This document shows, piece after piece, positions 60,990 to 64,000 of a stretch of DNA of 64,000 nucleotides. Made by a program: the position numbers and the translations under genes. Positions within the stretch are counted from its first letter, which is position 1. Every line of letters starts with the position of its first letter. Where the stretch lies: assembly GCF_001194135.2 (NCBI RefSeq), contig NC_068981.1, positions 34,243,681-34,307,680 of the forward strand, in the 5' to 3' direction. This stretch comes from Octopus bimaculoides (taxonomy: Eukaryota). Below the pieces are notes generated by a model, which did not search any database, was not told where the DNA came from, and saw nothing but the letters and a program-made list of their open reading frames with translations.

Positions 60990-61330
60990 AAGCGAAAATT
61001 GACCAACATTTTTAGGCTCTAAATCTTTAGAAGGCTTTGCACATATTATCCCAAATATAACAATCGTCTGTAGCGTATGAACTATGAAGCTAAAATCTTT
61101 TTCGAAGAATTCAAATTCAGTTGACTCTTCGACGCTGACAAATGTAAAACGAATAGATTTTCTATAGAATTCAGAGCCAACGCTCCAAGTTACGATGTTT
61201 CGTAAACGAATACGTCTTTGTAAGCAATTTGTTCGCGGATTGTTAATGGGCTGAATGTGATACTGATGAGATGGCAATAACTCTTGAAATATGTATATAC
61301 ACCCATTACTTTCCTTTTTCTTCCTTCGAT
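60990..61330 (+). mobile_element. Decayed PLE endonuclease end with hammerhead-like motif (61260-61298)
   Basis: YNNRL..SSTLTN..RIDF../IEFRANAPSYDVS; aua CUGAUGA gauggcaauaacucuu GAAA UAU GUA uau. Confidence 0.45.
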
Positions 61331-61699
61331 TGCATTATTAGCATAAACGTATTTTTTTTACGAAATGTGATAACTTGCTGTGTTGGCTCTGAATTCTGAA
61401 GAGTATCAATAGACATAAACTAAAAAGCAACAATATTGCGCTGCTAACACAAGGTAAGACAGTATTCAATGTAATATACTGTATAGCATATTATAGTTTC
61501 AAAACGAAATACTGCGTCCTTGTCAGTAATTATTAAAAACTAAAAATGTATTTTAGGTATTTCAGTTGTAAACACCTCATCAATGGCCCTTACATGTCCA
61601 CTAATTCTCCTGTATCTCTACACACATTGATGAAGTAGGCAATTAACTTCCACCACACAACATTAACTTGTGATTCCAAACAACAAAATGAAGTTGGTT

Positions 61700-61781
<82 letters not shown>

Positions 61782-61812
61782 CATTATTATAATAATTATT
61801 ATTATTATTATT
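61700..61812 (+). repeat. (TAT)n microsatellite
   Basis: Direct reading. Confidence 0.95.
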
Positions 61813-62235
61813 GAGTGAGAGAGCAGTGCATGCCATCAAATTGACACTGGGTACAAATATACGAAACCCAATATACCCATCATCACTACCCGTCTAATAA
61901 GGATACATCAAGCATCACAACTATTTGTGCACGACATGATGATCTTATATCAAGATAAACAGTGCATGTCCTTGCAGGTGGATCCCAGTTAGAATTTTCT
62001 TCAGGTCTAGTAGCCTATTCCACTCAAAAGGTCCCTGAACAAGGGATGTTTAAAGATGTTGGACGAAACTCCCATGTTTCCAGAGGTGAATTATTCAAAC
62101 CCCAAAGAATTCCTCTCAACACGTGACTATGATGCTCCCCAACTACTTCTGCTCGTGATCAGAAATGCACATATCGTCAGCCACTAAGGGACATGCTCAA
62201 CTGATTAAGGTCAAACAGCTGAGTAGCAAATCTGC

Positions 62236-62239
<4 letters not shown>
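61813..62239 (-). mobile_element. Non-coding retroposon-like segment between (TAT)n tracts
   Basis: Minus strand ends ...gcatgcactgctctctcactc(aat)n; no ORF recognised; bounded by two TAT arrays. Confidence 0.55.
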
Positions 62240-62280
<41 letters not shown>

Positions 62281-62281
62281 G

Positions 62282-63244
62282 TTCAGTAGTTTTATTTTTA
62301 TAACGTGCTTTCACTTCACTACCGAGCGCAGCTCTGTGTGCCTTGGGTATGTGCTGTGGTTTGCTGTGGTGCTCTTATGTTTACTGTATTGAAAGTGTTT
62401 TGCATAGAATGTGTGCAGTACCCAGTAGTGCAATTTTCTGTATGTTATATATATTTGTAAGTCCTGGTGTTTTTGTTATGTAGTTGTCTGAATATTTTTT
62501 TATTATACCTAAGGCACCTACTATGATAGGAATTGTTTCTGTTTTTAGATTCCACATTCGAGTAATCTCTATTTCCAGGTCTTTGTNNNNNNNNNNNNNN
62601 NNNNNNNNNNNNNNNNNNNNNNNNNNNNNNNNNNNNNNNNNNNNNNNNNNNNNNNNNNNNNNNNNNNNNNNNNNNNNNNNNNNNNNNNNNNNNNNNNNNN
62701 NNNNNNNNNNNNNNNNNNNNNNNNNNNNNNNNNNNNNNNNNNNNNNNNNNNNNNNNNNNNNNNNNNNNNNNNNNNNNNNNNNNNNNNNNNNNNNNNNNNN
62801 NNNNNNNNNNNNNNNNNNNNNNNNNNNNNNNNNNNNNNNNNNNNNNNNNNNNNNNNNNNNNNNNNNNNNNNNNNNNNNNNNNNNNNNNNNNNNNNNNNNN
62901 NNNNNNNNNNNNNNNNNNNNNNNNNNNNNNNNNNNNNNNNNNNNNNNNNNNNNNNNNNNNNNNNNNNNNTCTTGTCCATCTCCACATATTCTACAGTTAC
63001 TTGTTATGTTTCTTTTCATTATGTGTTTTTGGTAATTTCTGGTGGGGAGGCTTTGGTCTTGTGCAGCAATTAAAAATTCTTCAGTCTCTGCTTTGAGTCC
63101 TGAGCTTCTCAACCATTGCTGGGAGTTTTCTCTGTCTATTTCTTTTGCATTTAGTTTAGCCCAGTATTTACCATGTAGGGGCTTTCCCTGCCATCGTTTT
63201 ATCATGGTCCGTTGCTGTTCTAGTTTTAGTTTGGATTTCATTTG

Positions 63245-63248
<4 letters not shown>
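62282..63248 (-). mobile_element. 5'-truncated R4/Dong-like RLE element inserted in (TAA)n
   Basis: KPLHGKYW..WLRSSGLKAETE..AAQDQSLPTRNY..CRIC [gap] KDLEIEITRMW..IPIIVGALG..QKIALLGTAHIL; (TAT)n at 62240-62281 and 63249-63314. Confidence 0.92.
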
Positions 63249-63314
<66 letters not shown>

Positions 63315-63967
63315 GTTAGTTTGCTGCATTAGGATCTCCCAATGTCTCTTAGAGTGAGATCAGTACCAGTTTCTATATTATGTCTCTCCTCAACTTACCC
63401 TAATGATGTTTTCATGTTAGTAAACACGAGTAAGATGGTTGCTGAGCTCTTTTCACTGCTGGAGATGTTGATTCAGTGTTACAATTCGAGTTTCATTTGA
63501 TGTTACACCAGATTTAAAGCCATACTAGTCCTCCTTGCAAAAGAAATAGAATCTGTCTATTGCACCATTGATGTTGAAATTTCTAGTTTAATTTACTATG
63601 GTGTCAGGTGAATTACAAGATATTTTCACTAATTTTAACCATCTCGATGAGGAAATACGTATATGCATTCGTACACACGTATATACAAATGCATATATAT
63701 GTGCATTCGTATATGTGTTGTGTGTGTGTATGTGTGTGAGCGTCTGTATTCGATTTCATGTCACGTTATAATAAAAAATTTAACATTCAGGATTACTCAA
63801 TACGTTTTGTAGAATATATATTTATCATTCTTTTACAAGACGGGTGACAGTGACTTCGAAGTTTCGGCCGGCTAGCTTTCTTGCAAAGGTATAATAAATA
63901 TGTACATACATACATGCATAGATATACATATATATATGTGCTAACGTTTCTGCCAGCTCGCCGCCGT

Positions 63968-64000
<33 letters not shown>

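Noticed and set aside
1226-63332. Most long ORFs in the supplied track (poly-X, YVCM/HTHT/IIII repeats)
   Set aside because: They are translations of N-gaps and microsatellites, not genes
1-64000. CRISPR array, rRNA, prokaryotic operon
   Set aside because: No regularly spaced repeat-spacer units or rRNA motifs; content is eukaryotic repeat-rich DNA

Overview
AT-rich, gap-riddled eukaryotic genomic DNA. The SINE families and microsatellite load suggest a coleoid cephalopod, most like an Octopus draft assembly (inference). No complete protein-coding gene, rRNA or true tRNA gene is visible; most ORF-track entries are translated microsatellites or N-gaps. The window is mainly transposon debris. 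It holds several tRNA-derived SINE families with swapped head and tail modules, CR1 and RTE LINE remnants, three groups of RLE-type non-LTR elements (Dong/R4-like in (TAA)n, a second R4-like family beside (TACA)n, and a Hero-like element), Penelope-like element (PLE) remnants, and mariner, maT (DD37D), Tigger and hAT relics. The most interesting signals are: (1) three type-I hammerhead ribozyme folds with complete cores (18455-18542 +, 45260-45320 -, 45801-45835 -) plus about six variant or decayed ones; (2) a possibly (TACA)n-targeting RLE retrotransposon family; (3) a pri-miRNA-like hairpin at 12411-12493; (4) two small candidate minus-strand exons (47526-47560, 43836-43877) that join in frame, which would place the window inside long introns of a host gene. 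All family names come from motif recognition by eye, not database searches.
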